Of a stretch of DNA of 32,000 nucleotides, positions 1 to 10,298 are shown piece after piece (the first letter of the stretch is position 1; each line of letters begins with the position of its first letter). The DNA is from Patescibacteria group bacterium. Lineage in GTDB: Bacteria > Patescibacteriota > UBA1384 > XYA2-FULL-43-10. Made by a program: the position numbers and the translations under genes. The notes under the pieces are model-generated. The model saw only the letters and a list, made by a program, of their open reading frames with translations, was not told the DNA's origin and made no database searches. The DNA lies in NCBI GenBank assembly GCA_041674405.1, contig JBAYVT010000002.1, forward strand, positions 1-32,000. Direction: 5' to 3'.

Positions 1-2465
<2,465 letters not shown>

Positions 2466-2597
2466 GATCAAAGTACTTTTCCCCCCGAAGGAGGAATAAT
2501 ACCTGACCTGTTTGACTAGCAATTACTGGATTCAACTTTCGTTGAAAAAATAATTGTTTTAATATTTTTATCGGAAGAATACATTTTGTGTAATTAC

Positions 2598-2627
2598 ATA
2601 TTAATTACTCATTTATTCAATTGTTAA
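2598..2627 (-). promoter_or_regulatory. Candidate promoter for 23S rRNA: -35 TTAACA (2622-2627), 18-nt spacer, -10 TAATAT (2598-2603)
   Basis: Minus-strand sigma70-like hexamers upstream of the 23S 5' end and downstream of a terminator-like hairpin at 2787-2812. Confidence 0.4.
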
Positions 2628-2637
2628 AGTGCTGATA

Positions 2638-2679
2638 GGATTTCAATATACAAGTCCCTATCTTGTAGTTAAAATCCTG
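2638..2679 (-). promoter_or_regulatory. Imperfect hairpin AGGATTT-TACAAG / CTTGTA-AAATCCT upstream of 23S
   Basis: Two-part inverted repeat read directly: aggatttcaatatacaag...cttgtagttaaaatcct. Confidence 0.4.
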
Positions 2680-2786
2680 ATTGTGTAACAAATTTGCTTG
2701 TCCCACCGGAGCCTAAAGGGCGAAGGGGGATGGACCATAAGGCTCGCAGCTGGTATCAAAAGTATATATCTCACATATAGGAAACA

Positions 2787-2812
2787 AAAAATCCGCCGGA
2801 AAGCGGAATGAT
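2787..2812 (-). terminator. Intrinsic terminator (minus): TCCGC-tttccg-GCGGA-TTTTTT
   Basis: Plus text aaaaaatccgccggaaagcgga; stem plus T-run in the minus direction, downstream of the 3084-3290 CDS. Confidence 0.6.
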
Positions 2813-3083
2813 TTAATGCCACAAAATAAACTTTGCGAAATTAAAATTATCCGCTGACCCCCTCTCTCGTAGTGTGATTGTTTCTCATAGTGCCTAAACC
2901 CGATTAATTTGTTCCTTTATCCTCGGGTAACTTGTGCGCAAAATCAACTTAACATAAACGCACAAACCTTGTCAACACTTTACAACTTATCAGTGGAGAG
3001 CAGAAAAATTACATTAATTAATCCCTCTGCTCTGCGTCGCATTCAATTTCGAATGCGACGCGCCAGCTCTCCTCCTCCTACTC

Positions 3084-3290
3084 TCACCGGCACAGCTCGA
3101 TCAGTACCCGCTTGTACGCAGTCTGGAGTCCCCGAAGTTGCTCGAGATCGCTATCCGAGACCTTGTCCGCCGGTAGCCTCGAAGCTACGGCTTCGTATTC
3201 GACGATCTTCTCGAACCACGTGAGGACGTCGATTTTTGGCAGTGACTGCGGGTTACGCGGAATCGGATCCATCAATTCTCTCAGGTTCAT
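3084..3290 (-). CDS. Hypothetical protein (MNLRELMDPIPRNPQSLPKIDVLTWFEKIVEYEAVASRLPADKVSDSDLEQLRGLQTAYKRVLIELCR)
   Basis: The ORF start at 3332 is longer, but AGAGAGGGGATCAATATG gives a Shine-Dalgarno for the ATG at 3290. Confidence 0.6.
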   Translation of the reverse strand: MNLRELMDPIPRNPQSLPKIDVLTWFEKIVEYEAVASRLPADKVSDSDLEQLRGLQTAYKRVLIELCR

Positions 3291-3687
3291 ATTGATCCCC
3301 TCTCTGCCCTTGCAAGGATTGAGTACAGACAAGAAATTTCTATCACAAATTCAAACTTTTCGCAAACGCAGAGCTATGAAAATCTACTTTGAATTGAAAA
3401 ACTGCGGAAATAATCCAGCGGTTAAAAACTATTTCATTTTGATCCTATTTTTGTAACATCCTACAATCACTTCATCAGTTCTTAATTTTATATTGTGCTA
3501 TTTTTCAAAGAAACATGAGATTTATTATTTTAAGATTTCAATACGCTACAAGTTCGAGATACCGGGACCCAACAAATTTTTTGAACAACCGAGATGATTC
3601 TCCTTGGCACGGATTAATTTCCCACCCAAGGGATCTCTCAACTTTATTTCAAACATGGTCCAGACGGTATGTCGAACCCTACAACAA

Positions 3688-3729
3688 AAACGCCTTCCTC
3701 CGCCACATTGGCACAGGAGGGTGTTTTGT
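3688..3729 (-). terminator. Intrinsic terminator: AAAACACCctcct...aggaAGGCGTTTTTG
   Basis: Inverted repeat with T-run in the minus direction, downstream of the 3807-4220 CDS. Confidence 0.55.
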
Positions 3730-3732
3730 GTT

Positions 3733-3800
3733 CAGTCCGTAGCGAGTAGTCGATAGTCCGTAGCGTATATTCTCTACGGACTAAGGACTATGGACTACAA
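3733..3800. repeat. Low-complexity intergenic repeat built of (A/T)GTCC(G/T/A)TAG / CTA(A/T)GGACT units
   Basis: cagtccgtagcgagtagtcgatagtccgtagcgtatattctctacggactaaggactatggacta; includes hairpin AGTCCGTAG...CTACGGACT. Similar units at 11190-11212 and 24508-24530. Confidence 0.6.
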
Positions 3801-3806
3801 ACTAGT

Positions 3807-4220
3807 TTATTGTTGGCTTGAGAATTTATTTATCGCATCCATAATTTTGCTGGAACTTTTCATATCTTCAAAGAACAAAATTTGGTCACGATTTATATAC
3901 ATTTGATCCTCTGGGCCATGGAGTTCACTTCCAAGTTTTATTAGCGACACTTTCTTATTTTGGTCCGTATTACTATTTTGCAAATCAGTTGTAGTTTTCA
4001 AATAGTATATATCGGTTAGTTTCACGATTTGGTCATCGGAATTCGAAATGTATCCGAAATATACTTGCCCATTTGTAAGAAAAACCGCCTGCCTCACACT
4101 ATGCTTATTTAATAAATATTTTTTATTGACGTAATATCCGCCAAATCCTGCAGCGACGATCACCACGACGATAATAATTATTGCAATGATCCAGCTCTTC
4201 CTCTTTGTAGACTTATCCAT
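3807..4220 (-). CDS. Membrane-anchored hypothetical protein (one N-terminal TM)
   Basis: 137-aa ORF; KRKSWIIAIIIIVVVIVAAGFGGYYV transmembrane segment followed by a soluble domain; AGGAG upstream of ATG. Confidence 0.75.
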   Translation of the reverse strand: MDKSTKRKSWIIAIIIIVVVIVAAGFGGYYVNKKYLLNKHSVRQAVFLTNGQVYFGYISNSDDQIVKLTDIYYLKTTTDLQNSNTDQNKKVSLIKLGSELHGPEDQMYINRDQILFFEDMKSSSKIMDAINKFSSQQ

Positions 4221-4534
4221 AGAATCTCCTCTTTATTGTTACTAATATATACTTACAAAATTCGTCCACAACTGGTGATCTCTAGTCCCTCAGACAAGGC
4301 CGTTATTCGCAAACCACAGCTCATCCGTTCAAGGATACAACAAAAATAAAACACATCAATTAGAATTTTTCACAAAAATTTTATCAAGATGCTGGCCTAT
4401 TGGTGTGAACTCTTCCATATAAAAAAAGCTGGTTATATATAAAAATTAATATGTGGACAACCAGGGTGGCAAATTTATTGCTTAGGTCGATACCCGAAAG
4501 GTAAAAGTATTAAGTAATAAATGAAAAAGGAGCA

Positions 4535-5395
4535 ATGATGGATTATTTAAAATTGGCAAAAATTGCACGTGTTGCCGCAGTATCGACTGCCTTTGTGTTT
4601 GCTGTCGGTTCGGGCGGAGCGCTTGCATCTGTCAGTGTTGGCGGCTCAAACGACACCACGGGACCAAATTCAGAAAATGAAAATGAATGGAAAATCGATG
4701 CCGATTATGATCTGGATGTGGATAACAATGCCGACTTAGAAAGTGAATTTGAGCTAGATGCAGAAACCGGTGATAATGACATCGATTGCAATACTGAGGT
4801 TGATGACATTCTTACTGGTGATATAGAAGGAGATATTTCCGTAGAGAATGAGCTTAATTCATCCGAAATCGAAGTCGGAACGGCAGATGTCGGCGACATT
4901 GAGGTTGACCTAGGAAATGAAACAACCGGGCCTTATTCAGAGAATGAGAACGAGGTCAGAATTTCAATGGATCGAGACATAGACATCGACAACGATGCAG
5001 ATGTTGAAAACGAGCTAGAACTTGATGCCAACACAGGAAAGAATCGCGTTCACAACAACACTGTTGTTGGAGATGTTCGAACCGGAGATGTTTCCCTAAG
5101 CGCTGATTTCTCCAATGTGCTTAATCAGGGAGAAATTGATTTGGGCGGACTTGGTGAAATGGACATCGAGGGAGACTTCGGAAATGAGCTAACCGGTCCA
5201 AATTCTGAAAACAGCAATGAGCTCGACATTGATGCTGACGTCGATGTAAATATCGATAACAATGCCGATATTGAAAATGAGCTTGAAGTTGATGCCAACA
5301 CTGGGAAAAACTGGATTGGCAAAAACACTGTTGTTGGTGATGTTGAGACAGGAAGTGTAGATCTTTCTTTTAGCGTTACCAACATGGCCAACTAG
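4535..5395 (+). CDS. Secreted acidic repeat protein with three exact 89-aa repeats (TGPNSENENE...DANTGKN...NTVVGDVETG)
   Basis: 286-aa ORF; signal peptide ARVAAVSTAFVFAVGSGGALA; AAAGGAG Shine-Dalgarno upstream. Motif TGP at residues 42, 131 and 220. Confidence 0.9.
   Translation: MMDYLKLAKIARVAAVSTAFVFAVGSGGALASVSVGGSNDTTGPNSENENEWKIDADYDLDVDNNADLESEFELDAETGDNDIDCNTEVDDILTGDIEGDISVENELNSSEIEVGTADVGDIEVDLGNETTGPYSENENEVRISMDRDIDIDNDADVENELELDANTGKNRVHNNTVVGDVRTGDVSLSADFSNVLNQGEIDLGGLGEMDIEGDFGNELTGPNSENSNELDIDADVDVNIDNNADIENELEVDANTGKNWIGKNTVVGDVETGSVDLSFSVTNMAN
4658..5395 (+). repeat. Three 267-bp (89-codon) tandem protein-coding repeats starting near 4658, 4925 and 5192; the last is shorter at its C-terminal end
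   Basis: Counted from the translated protein: TG motifs at aa 42/131/220, second TG at 78/167/256, third TG at 94/183/272. Confidence 0.85.
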
Positions 5396-5501
5396 TCCCC
5401 TGGATTAGACATTAGCGAGGACTCCGGTGTGAGTATGTCGAACACCTGGGTCCCGCAGATGTCGAATTAATTAACACTAATAATCAAACAATGGAGTGGC
5501 C

Positions 5502-7343
5502 ATGACAAAGGTTTATAGGAAAATGAAAAAAATTATTGCTGGAATAATGATTCTGGTCTTTGTGTCATTCTATTCATTACCAGCATTTGCTGCTGGTAAT
5601 ATTGGCCCGACCGGCCCACAGGAACCAACCGGAGCTATCGAACCAACTGGGCCGCAAACTCAAACTGGAGCTATTGAACCGACAGGTCCGCAGACACCGA
5701 CAGGTCCGCAGGAAATTATTTCAAACCCGATTGTGGAAACTTCGGGGACAGAGAATCAAACTGAACAAAATCTATCAAATAATTTTACCGGATCAAATTC
5801 TGAAAATCTAAATGATTCAAACTCTTCGGCCGACGCGAATATAAATCTTACGAATAATGCCGAGGCCGACAACGATATTAGTGCCAATTTAGTTACCGGT
5901 CAAAATGGAATTGGATCAAACACGGTGGTCGGTAATGTATCCACTGGCGATATCAACGGAAATGTTTGTGTTATTAATGCCCTAAATTCCTCGCTCGGGC
6001 CAGACGATTCTATTGGCGGACAGTCGATTAATACTTCAGGAATGAATGGCATCACTCTCGCTCCAGCTGATACCAGGCTAAACCTTCAAAATGCAACGAC
6101 CGGCGAAAATTCGGAAAATTCTAATGTTTTTAATGGCGGACAAGTTATCGATTTTTTCGAAGTTAACGATGCAGCCGCGAATAATTCTATTGAAATTGAT
6201 GCTGATACTGGCAACAACGAAATTTCCAACAATACCAAAGTCGGCGAGCTTCAGACCGGAGATATTGCCATCGCTGCAAATTTAATTAACCTTTTAAACA
6301 TTTCTCCGGAAATTGCACTTTCAATTGACTTTTGGAATCTTTTCGGCGGGCTTGTTGGGGATATCACTATCAGTGAAGCAAATGATATTACAGGTTCAGA
6401 TTCAGAGAATAAAAATTTGGTCAATCTGGATGGCGGGGAAGACATTTCGATCAGCAATAATTCTGAAACCAATAATAATATTAACTTGAGCGCCAATACC
6501 GGAGGCAATGCCATCGGTTCAAATACGGCAATTGGCGATATAAAAACCGGTGACTCAACAATCAAAAACACACTGGTGAATGTCGCCAATATCATTACTG
6601 CACCGGTTTTTTATCTGGTGAATGTCTTTGGTACATGGACCAGTGGAGCACTCCTTGGTATCGATCCATCGATGATATTTATTAATGAAATCAACAATAC
6701 AACAGGAACCAATTCGGAAAATTCCAATCTTGTTACTGCTGAAAATAATGCTGACCTATCGATCGAAAACAATGCTTTAATTAATAACAATTTGAATATT
6801 AAGGCCAACACCGGCAACAACAAAATTTCTAACAATACTGTTGCTGGCGGGCTCTCGACAGGTGATATAAAGCTCGCGTCCAATGTAATTAATATTTCCA
6901 ACCTGGTTGGAAAAGGCGCAAAAGCCTTCGCTCTCCGTATCATCAATATCTTCGGCAACTGGTGTGGTGGCGGAGACGGCAAGGGTGGAGGTGGCGATGA
7001 TAATAATGGTGGTGGCGAGAGTGATGGCAGCGATGAAAATGGTAGCGGACAGGGAGGCGGCGGTTTTTCGGAAAATCCAAGTGATACTGGCAGCAGCCTG
7101 GGTGGGTTTATCGGAAATGCAAAACCTTTGGCCAAACTCGCATCTTTCGAGCAAAGCAATGTTCTTCCGGACGCAGGCGGAAATTTAACAACAACTCAAA
7201 ATAATCCCGTAGTTAAATCGATGACCACAACCACTTCCAGGAGTGCCAAGGAGTTTATCTATTGGATTGCAGCAGCTAGTGCCGTTCTTATTCTCTGGGG
7301 ATCGATAGAATATTTGGCCTACAGAAAAATGAAAAAAATATAA
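5502..7343 (+). CDS. Large secreted, C-terminally membrane-anchored repeat protein of the same TGxxSEN family (four degenerate repeats, P/T/G linker, Gly-rich linker, LPDAGG motif, C-terminal TM plus basic tail)
   Basis: Signal peptide KKIIAGIMILVFVSFYSLPAFA; C-terminus SAKEFIYWIAAASAVLILWGSIEYLAYRKMKKI. The ATG at 5502 is preceded by GGAG with 5-nt spacing (the ORF track starts at GTG 5496). Confidence 0.9.
   Translation: MTKVYRKMKKIIAGIMILVFVSFYSLPAFAAGNIGPTGPQEPTGAIEPTGPQTQTGAIEPTGPQTPTGPQEIISNPIVETSGTENQTEQNLSNNFTGSNSENLNDSNSSADANINLTNNAEADNDISANLVTGQNGIGSNTVVGNVSTGDINGNVCVINALNSSLGPDDSIGGQSINTSGMNGITLAPADTRLNLQNATTGENSENSNVFNGGQVIDFFEVNDAAANNSIEIDADTGNNEISNNTKVGELQTGDIAIAANLINLLNISPEIALSIDFWNLFGGLVGDITISEANDITGSDSENKNLVNLDGGEDISISNNSETNNNINLSANTGGNAIGSNTAIGDIKTGDSTIKNTLVNVANIITAPVFYLVNVFGTWTSGALLGIDPSMIFINEINNTTGTNSENSNLVTAENNADLSIENNALINNNLNIKANTGNNKISNNTVAGGLSTGDIKLASNVINISNLVGKGAKAFALRIINIFGNWCGGGDGKGGGGDDNNGGGESDGSDENGSGQGGGGFSENPSDTGSSLGGFIGNAKPLAKLASFEQSNVLPDAGGNLTTTQNNPVVKSMTTTTSRSAKEFIYWIAAASAVLILWGSIEYLAYRKMKKI
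5607..5711 (+). repeat. Pro/Thr/Gly linker repeats (PTGPQEPTGAIEPTGPQTQTGAIEPTGPQTPTGPQ)
   Basis: Short tandem peptide repeats read directly from the ORF. Confidence 0.8.
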
Positions 7344-7371
7344 GAAGATATACAAAACTTTAGTTAAGCTT

Positions 7372-7400
7372 GCGCTGCCACTCCGCGAGAGTGGCAGCGC
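7372..7400. terminator. 12-bp perfect stem-loop GCGCTGCCACTC-CGCGA-GAGTGGCAGCGC between convergent genes
   Basis: Perfect inverted repeat; located between the 3' ends of 5502-7343(+) and 7404-7865(-). No strong T-run. Confidence 0.5.
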
Positions 7401-7403
7401 CGG

Positions 7404-7865
7404 CTAATCGCTCTCCATCGCAAAAGCCAGCTGGCCCTGCGAGCTGCTTACCGATAAAACTGGCAAGCTAGCTATCCCCCGGCTACTTGCGACAACCACC
7501 TTCTCAACCTCAACCTGAAATCCGAGCTGAGCCCTCGGGAATCGGCGAAGGTTGATCGGCGCGTTCGTGAGCCTCCTGCCGCCTGGTTGATGAAAGCTAA
7601 TGGCCTCCAGGAAATTCAGCCAGTATCCAACCCACTTTTCCTGGTACCATACCTTCACCCAGACTTCCTCCGTCCTCACCCCGAATGGCTCATCGGTAGT
7701 CTCACCGAAATAGTACCCCACCGGCAGCTGTATTGACTTGTTCTTGTCCGGCTCGCCATCGATGGTCGGGCCAAGGACATACATGGCAATGGCATGGCCC
7801 ACGTTGGGTCTGACATGCAGATCGATGTCATCCGGCAAACGAATGCCTCCGGGCAAGTATTGCAT
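7404..7865 (-). CDS. Hypothetical protein, GC-rich relative to surroundings
   Basis: 153-aa ORF with no stop and no better overlapping alternative; weak AGAGG upstream. Confidence 0.6.
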   Translation of the reverse strand: MQYLPGGIRLPDDIDLHVRPNVGHAIAMYVLGPTIDGEPDKNKSIQLPVGYYFGETTDEPFGVRTEEVWVKVWYQEKWVGYWLNFLEAISFHQPGGRRLTNAPINLRRFPRAQLGFQVEVEKVVVASSRGIASLPVLSVSSSQGQLAFAMESD

Positions 7866-7937
7866 TCACCGAGCCTCTTTCTTTCGGTTTGGTTTGGCAC
7901 GCTATATCAGTATATACCAAATTTTTAAAAATAAAAA

Positions 7938-7960
7938 AACCGCCTAAGCGGGATTATTGA
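7938..7960 (-). terminator. Terminator-like hairpin CCGCctaaGCGG with T-run (minus)
   Basis: Minus: CCCGCTTAGGCGGTTTTTTTATTTTT, downstream of 8076-8630. Confidence 0.55.
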
Positions 7961-8075
7961 TGGAATGTATTGTTGCTGGTTAGAAATATTATCGTGAGCC
8001 CAAATGAATGCGTTTATATTTCTAGTATAAGAATCAAAACAATTTATAGGGACAACTTTCCACGCAGTTCAATGG

Positions 8076-8630
8076 CTAGCTCAATTTACACCTACCTAAA
8101 ACGCTTTTTATAAATTCATCTTTAGCTTTTGAATAAGCTTTCCGATCATTTTCGTATTTTATTGCTAGCTTTTGCTTTAGATTTTCATATTCTTTTAGCA
8201 CATCCCTATCCGCCCTTAAGTAATCCCTGAATACTATTGTTTCTCTATATTTTGTACCCTCAATTTCCATAATGTGTATAAAATGAGTTATATAATCCGG
8301 TTTAATCTGACCCGGCTTTACTGGCACGCCTTTTCTCATGAGAATTTCACCGTCCGCATTGTCTTCCTTTATTGTATAGCTTGGAAACTTCAATATCTTT
8401 TCTTTTATCTTATTAATATCTTCAAGTGAATCAACGCCAACAGCAATATCAATTATTGGTTTTGCAGATAAACCGACAATGGAGGTAGAGCCCACATGTT
8501 CGATCGATTTTGCCACATCACCAAATATTTTTTCTAAAATTGTTTTTTCCTTATTAAACTCGTCCCGCCATTGCGGATTATATTTTTCGACTTTAACAAA
8601 ACCCTTTTTAAGACCAATTTCTTTTTTCAT
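8076..8630 (-). CDS. GrpB family protein (UPF0157, nucleotidyltransferase-like)
   Basis: VEKYNPQWRDEFNKEK...DVAKSIEHVGSTSIVGLSAKPIIDIAVGV is the typical GrpB family signature. Confidence 0.9.
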   Translation of the reverse strand: MKKEIGLKKGFVKVEKYNPQWRDEFNKEKTILEKIFGDVAKSIEHVGSTSIVGLSAKPIIDIAVGVDSLEDINKIKEKILKFPSYTIKEDNADGEILMRKGVPVKPGQIKPDYITHFIHIMEIEGTKYRETIVFRDYLRADRDVLKEYENLKQKLAIKYENDRKAYSKAKDEFIKSVLGRCKLS

Positions 8631-8653
8631 TAGAAGTATTTTTCTAAAGACAG

Positions 8654-8686
8654 AAAATGATTCATATTCTAAGTATGAATCATTTT
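8654..8686 (-). terminator. 13-bp stem hairpin AAAATGATTCATA...TATGAATCATTTT overlapping the stop codon of the upstream NUDIX gene
   Basis: Perfect inverted repeat between two minus-strand genes. Confidence 0.5.
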
Positions 8687-9098
8687 AACGTTCGAGATAG
8701 TTCAATTTGATAAATAATTTTCTTGAAGGTGGCACGATATCATAGTCTTTCAATTGTCCAATGGGTATCCATTCCAACTTTTGAATGCCAGGACTTAATT
8801 TTTCTTTTCCCCCAACATACTCACATAGAGTATCGAGATAAATAAAATGTTTCTCTTCCCCGTCAACATCTTTTTTAATTTCTGTGTCCCAGGATAACCT
8901 TTCAGAGATTTTAATATCTATGCCAGTCTTTGCTTTTACTTCTTGAGTGATAACATCTTCGGGACTTAGGCCTGCACTTAGCTCGCCGCCAAATAAATAC
9001 CAAGTTTCTTTATATGGTAATGAGCCGTCTGGTTTTTTACGCATTAAAACTGAATCACCTTTTTTAACAACACCGATTACTAAAATTTTCGTTTTCAT
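8685..9098 (-). CDS. NUDIX hydrolase domain protein
   Basis: YLFGGELSAGLSPEDVITQEVKAKTGIDI resembles a degenerate Nudix box; N-terminal VIGVVKKGDSVLMRKKPDGS. Confidence 0.7.
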   Translation of the reverse strand: MKTKILVIGVVKKGDSVLMRKKPDGSLPYKETWYLFGGELSAGLSPEDVITQEVKAKTGIDIKISERLSWDTEIKKDVDGEEKHFIYLDTLCEYVGGKEKLSPGIQKLEWIPIGQLKDYDIVPPSRKLFIKLNYLER

Positions 9099-9135
9099 AA
9101 TCTTATAATGACAGTTCTAGCGTTATTTTTCCATA

Positions 9136-9199
9136 TATAATAAAAAGACTAGCCTTGGACTAATCTTTTTTTGGTAGACCCGATAGGATCTCGAGCATC
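9136..9199 (-). repeat. Degenerate copy of tRNA-Ala(TGC) 3' end plus its terminator; direct repeat of 9813-9876
   Basis: TATAATAAAAAGACTAG..TGGACTAATCTTTTT..TGGTAGACCCGATAGGATCTCGAGCA versus TATAATAAAAAGACTAG..TAGAACTAATCTTTTTATTGGTGGACCCTATCGGATTCGAACCGA. Confidence 0.75.
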
Positions 9200-9262
9200 G
9201 CTTACACTCCCTTGGAAAACCCTCGGTTTTCCAGTTTTCCGACCCCTTCCCGTTCGAATCCT
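9172..9262 (-). other. tRNA-like structured element B, ending in CTACCA and followed by a terminator
   Basis: Minus strand GGATTCGAACGGGAAGGGGTCGGaaaactGGAAAACCgaGGGTTTTCCaaggg...AAGCGATGCTCGAGATCCTATCGGGTCTACCA. Shares blocks with element A at 17076-17178. Confidence 0.45.
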
Positions 9263-9457
9263 CAGCTTTAACTCACTAAATAAAAAATCACCATTAAGGC
9301 GACATTTTTGGTGGGGCACAATCCAAGAAGTAAGAAATATCGTTATGAATTCAAATGAGTATATCTGTATTCCAAAGATGAGAATTAAATCTCTCCATAT
9401 TTAGCGGCTATTTGCTTTTCCACCATTCTGTATAACATAGATTGATAGTATGGGACT

Positions 9458-9491
9458 CCAGTGTGATGACAACAAGTTGTCATCACACTGG
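9458..9491 (-). terminator. Perfect 16-bp inverted repeat with 2-nt loop: CCAGTGTGATGACAAC-AA-GTTGTCATCACACTGG
   Basis: Direct reading; sits just 3' of the 9515-9712 ORF. Confidence 0.6.
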
Positions 9492-9514
9492 CAGCTCTGT
9501 CGAGTCGGACTTCA

Positions 9515-9712
9515 TCAGCGGCAGTCTGGGCAAAGCCCACCCTCGAGGTACTGCGTGCGAACCGCTAGTCTGCACCTCGAACATCGCATCGCGGCACCGC
9601 TCAGCAATAACGCAGTCTCGTCCATGAGCTCGGTCTCCTCGAGATACGGGCTTTTGCCAGCAGTCGCCCCTGGCGGGTCGTTACTCGTCGGGGTACGTGT
9701 TAAATGCCCCAT
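9515..9712 (-). CDS. Small zinc-ribbon-like protein (MRCSRCRLAV...GGLCPDCR)
   Basis: 65-aa ORF with CxxC...CxxC; GGGAGGctgttcaaATG upstream; followed by a perfect hairpin. Confidence 0.6.
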   Translation of the reverse strand: MGHLTRTPTSNDPPGATAGKSPYLEETELMDETALLLSGAAMRCSRCRLAVRTQYLEGGLCPDCR

Positions 9713-9820
9713 TTGAACAGCCTCCCTTCACTTGTCGTCCGTCGGCCACTACAGAATTGCATACTTTATACTAATAGTCAATAACATGAGATAGTTCTGA
9801 CCTATTTTTTGGTATAATAA

Positions 9821-9849
9821 AAAGACTAGTCTAGAACTAATCTTTTTAT
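9821..9849 (-). terminator. Intrinsic terminator of tRNA-Ala(TGC): AAAAAGATTAGT..ctag..ACTAGTCTTTTTATT
   Basis: Stem plus T-run immediately after CCA in the minus direction. Confidence 0.75.
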
Positions 9850-9925
9850 TGGTGGACCCTATCGGATTCGAACCGATGACCTCCACAGTGCAAATGTGGC
9901 GCTCTACCAACTAAGCTAAGGGCCC
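9850..9925 (-). tRNA. tRNA-Ala (anticodon TGC), CCA encoded
   Basis: GGGCCCTTAGCTTAGTTGGTAGAGCGCCACATTTGCACTGTGGAGGTCATCGGTTCGAATCCGATAGGGTCCACCA; acceptor includes the G3:U70 Ala identity pair. Confidence 0.97.
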
Positions 9926-9936
9926 AGATCGACGTA

Positions 9937-9965
9937 ATGATAGCATAAACGGGGCTATTTATCAA
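9937..9965 (-). promoter_or_regulatory. Promoter of tRNA-Ala(TGC): TTGATA - 17 nt - TATCAT
   Basis: Hexamers at 9960-9965 and 9937-9942 with a 17-nt spacer, 11 nt upstream of the tRNA. Confidence 0.65.
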
Positions 9966-9992
9966 CCTTATACACCCTCATCCCAACAGTAA

Positions 9993-10154
9993 TTAATATG
10001 GGTTTTGGGAATATAAATATGAATACACTGCGTAGAGAACTCCAATGACTAAAAGAGCAATAATAGATCCAATTACGAGCCCTCTATTTTTCTTTACAAT
10101 GCCCCAGATCAGGCATGAGAGCGAAACTATGATTAGAATCAAACCTGTTAACAT
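9993..10154 (-). CDS. Small two-TM membrane protein (MLTGLILIIVSLSCLIWGIVKKNRGLVIGSIIALLVIGVLYAVYSYLYSQNPY)
   Basis: TTTGGAGGGCAAATG gives a Shine-Dalgarno for the ATG at 10154; the ORF track start at 10205 is longer. Confidence 0.65.
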   Translation of the reverse strand: MLTGLILIIVSLSCLIWGIVKKNRGLVIGSIIALLVIGVLYAVYSYLYSQNPY

Positions 10155-10298
10155 TTGCCCTCCAAAATTTTGATTATCTGTGCTTAAAACTTCACTACAT
10201 ACCAAAATGCACTTAATATTTTAATGTATTGTGAATGATAGCGTTATGACTTTATAAATATATTTTTATGCAAACCGCGCCTTGAACTGCGTATGCAG

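Noticed and set aside
4658-5395. DNA-level minisatellite as explanation for the 267-bp repeats
   Set aside because: DNA similarity between units is only moderate while protein motif spacing is exact, indicating selection on the protein rather than recent DNA slippage.
4705-7188. Antisense and alternate-frame ORFs over the repeat proteins (4705-4899, 5125-5391, 6251-6595, 6611-7159 and others)
   Set aside because: Shadow ORFs caused by repetitive acidic/Asn-rich coding; the + frames have signal peptides, Shine-Dalgarno sites and conserved repeat spacing.
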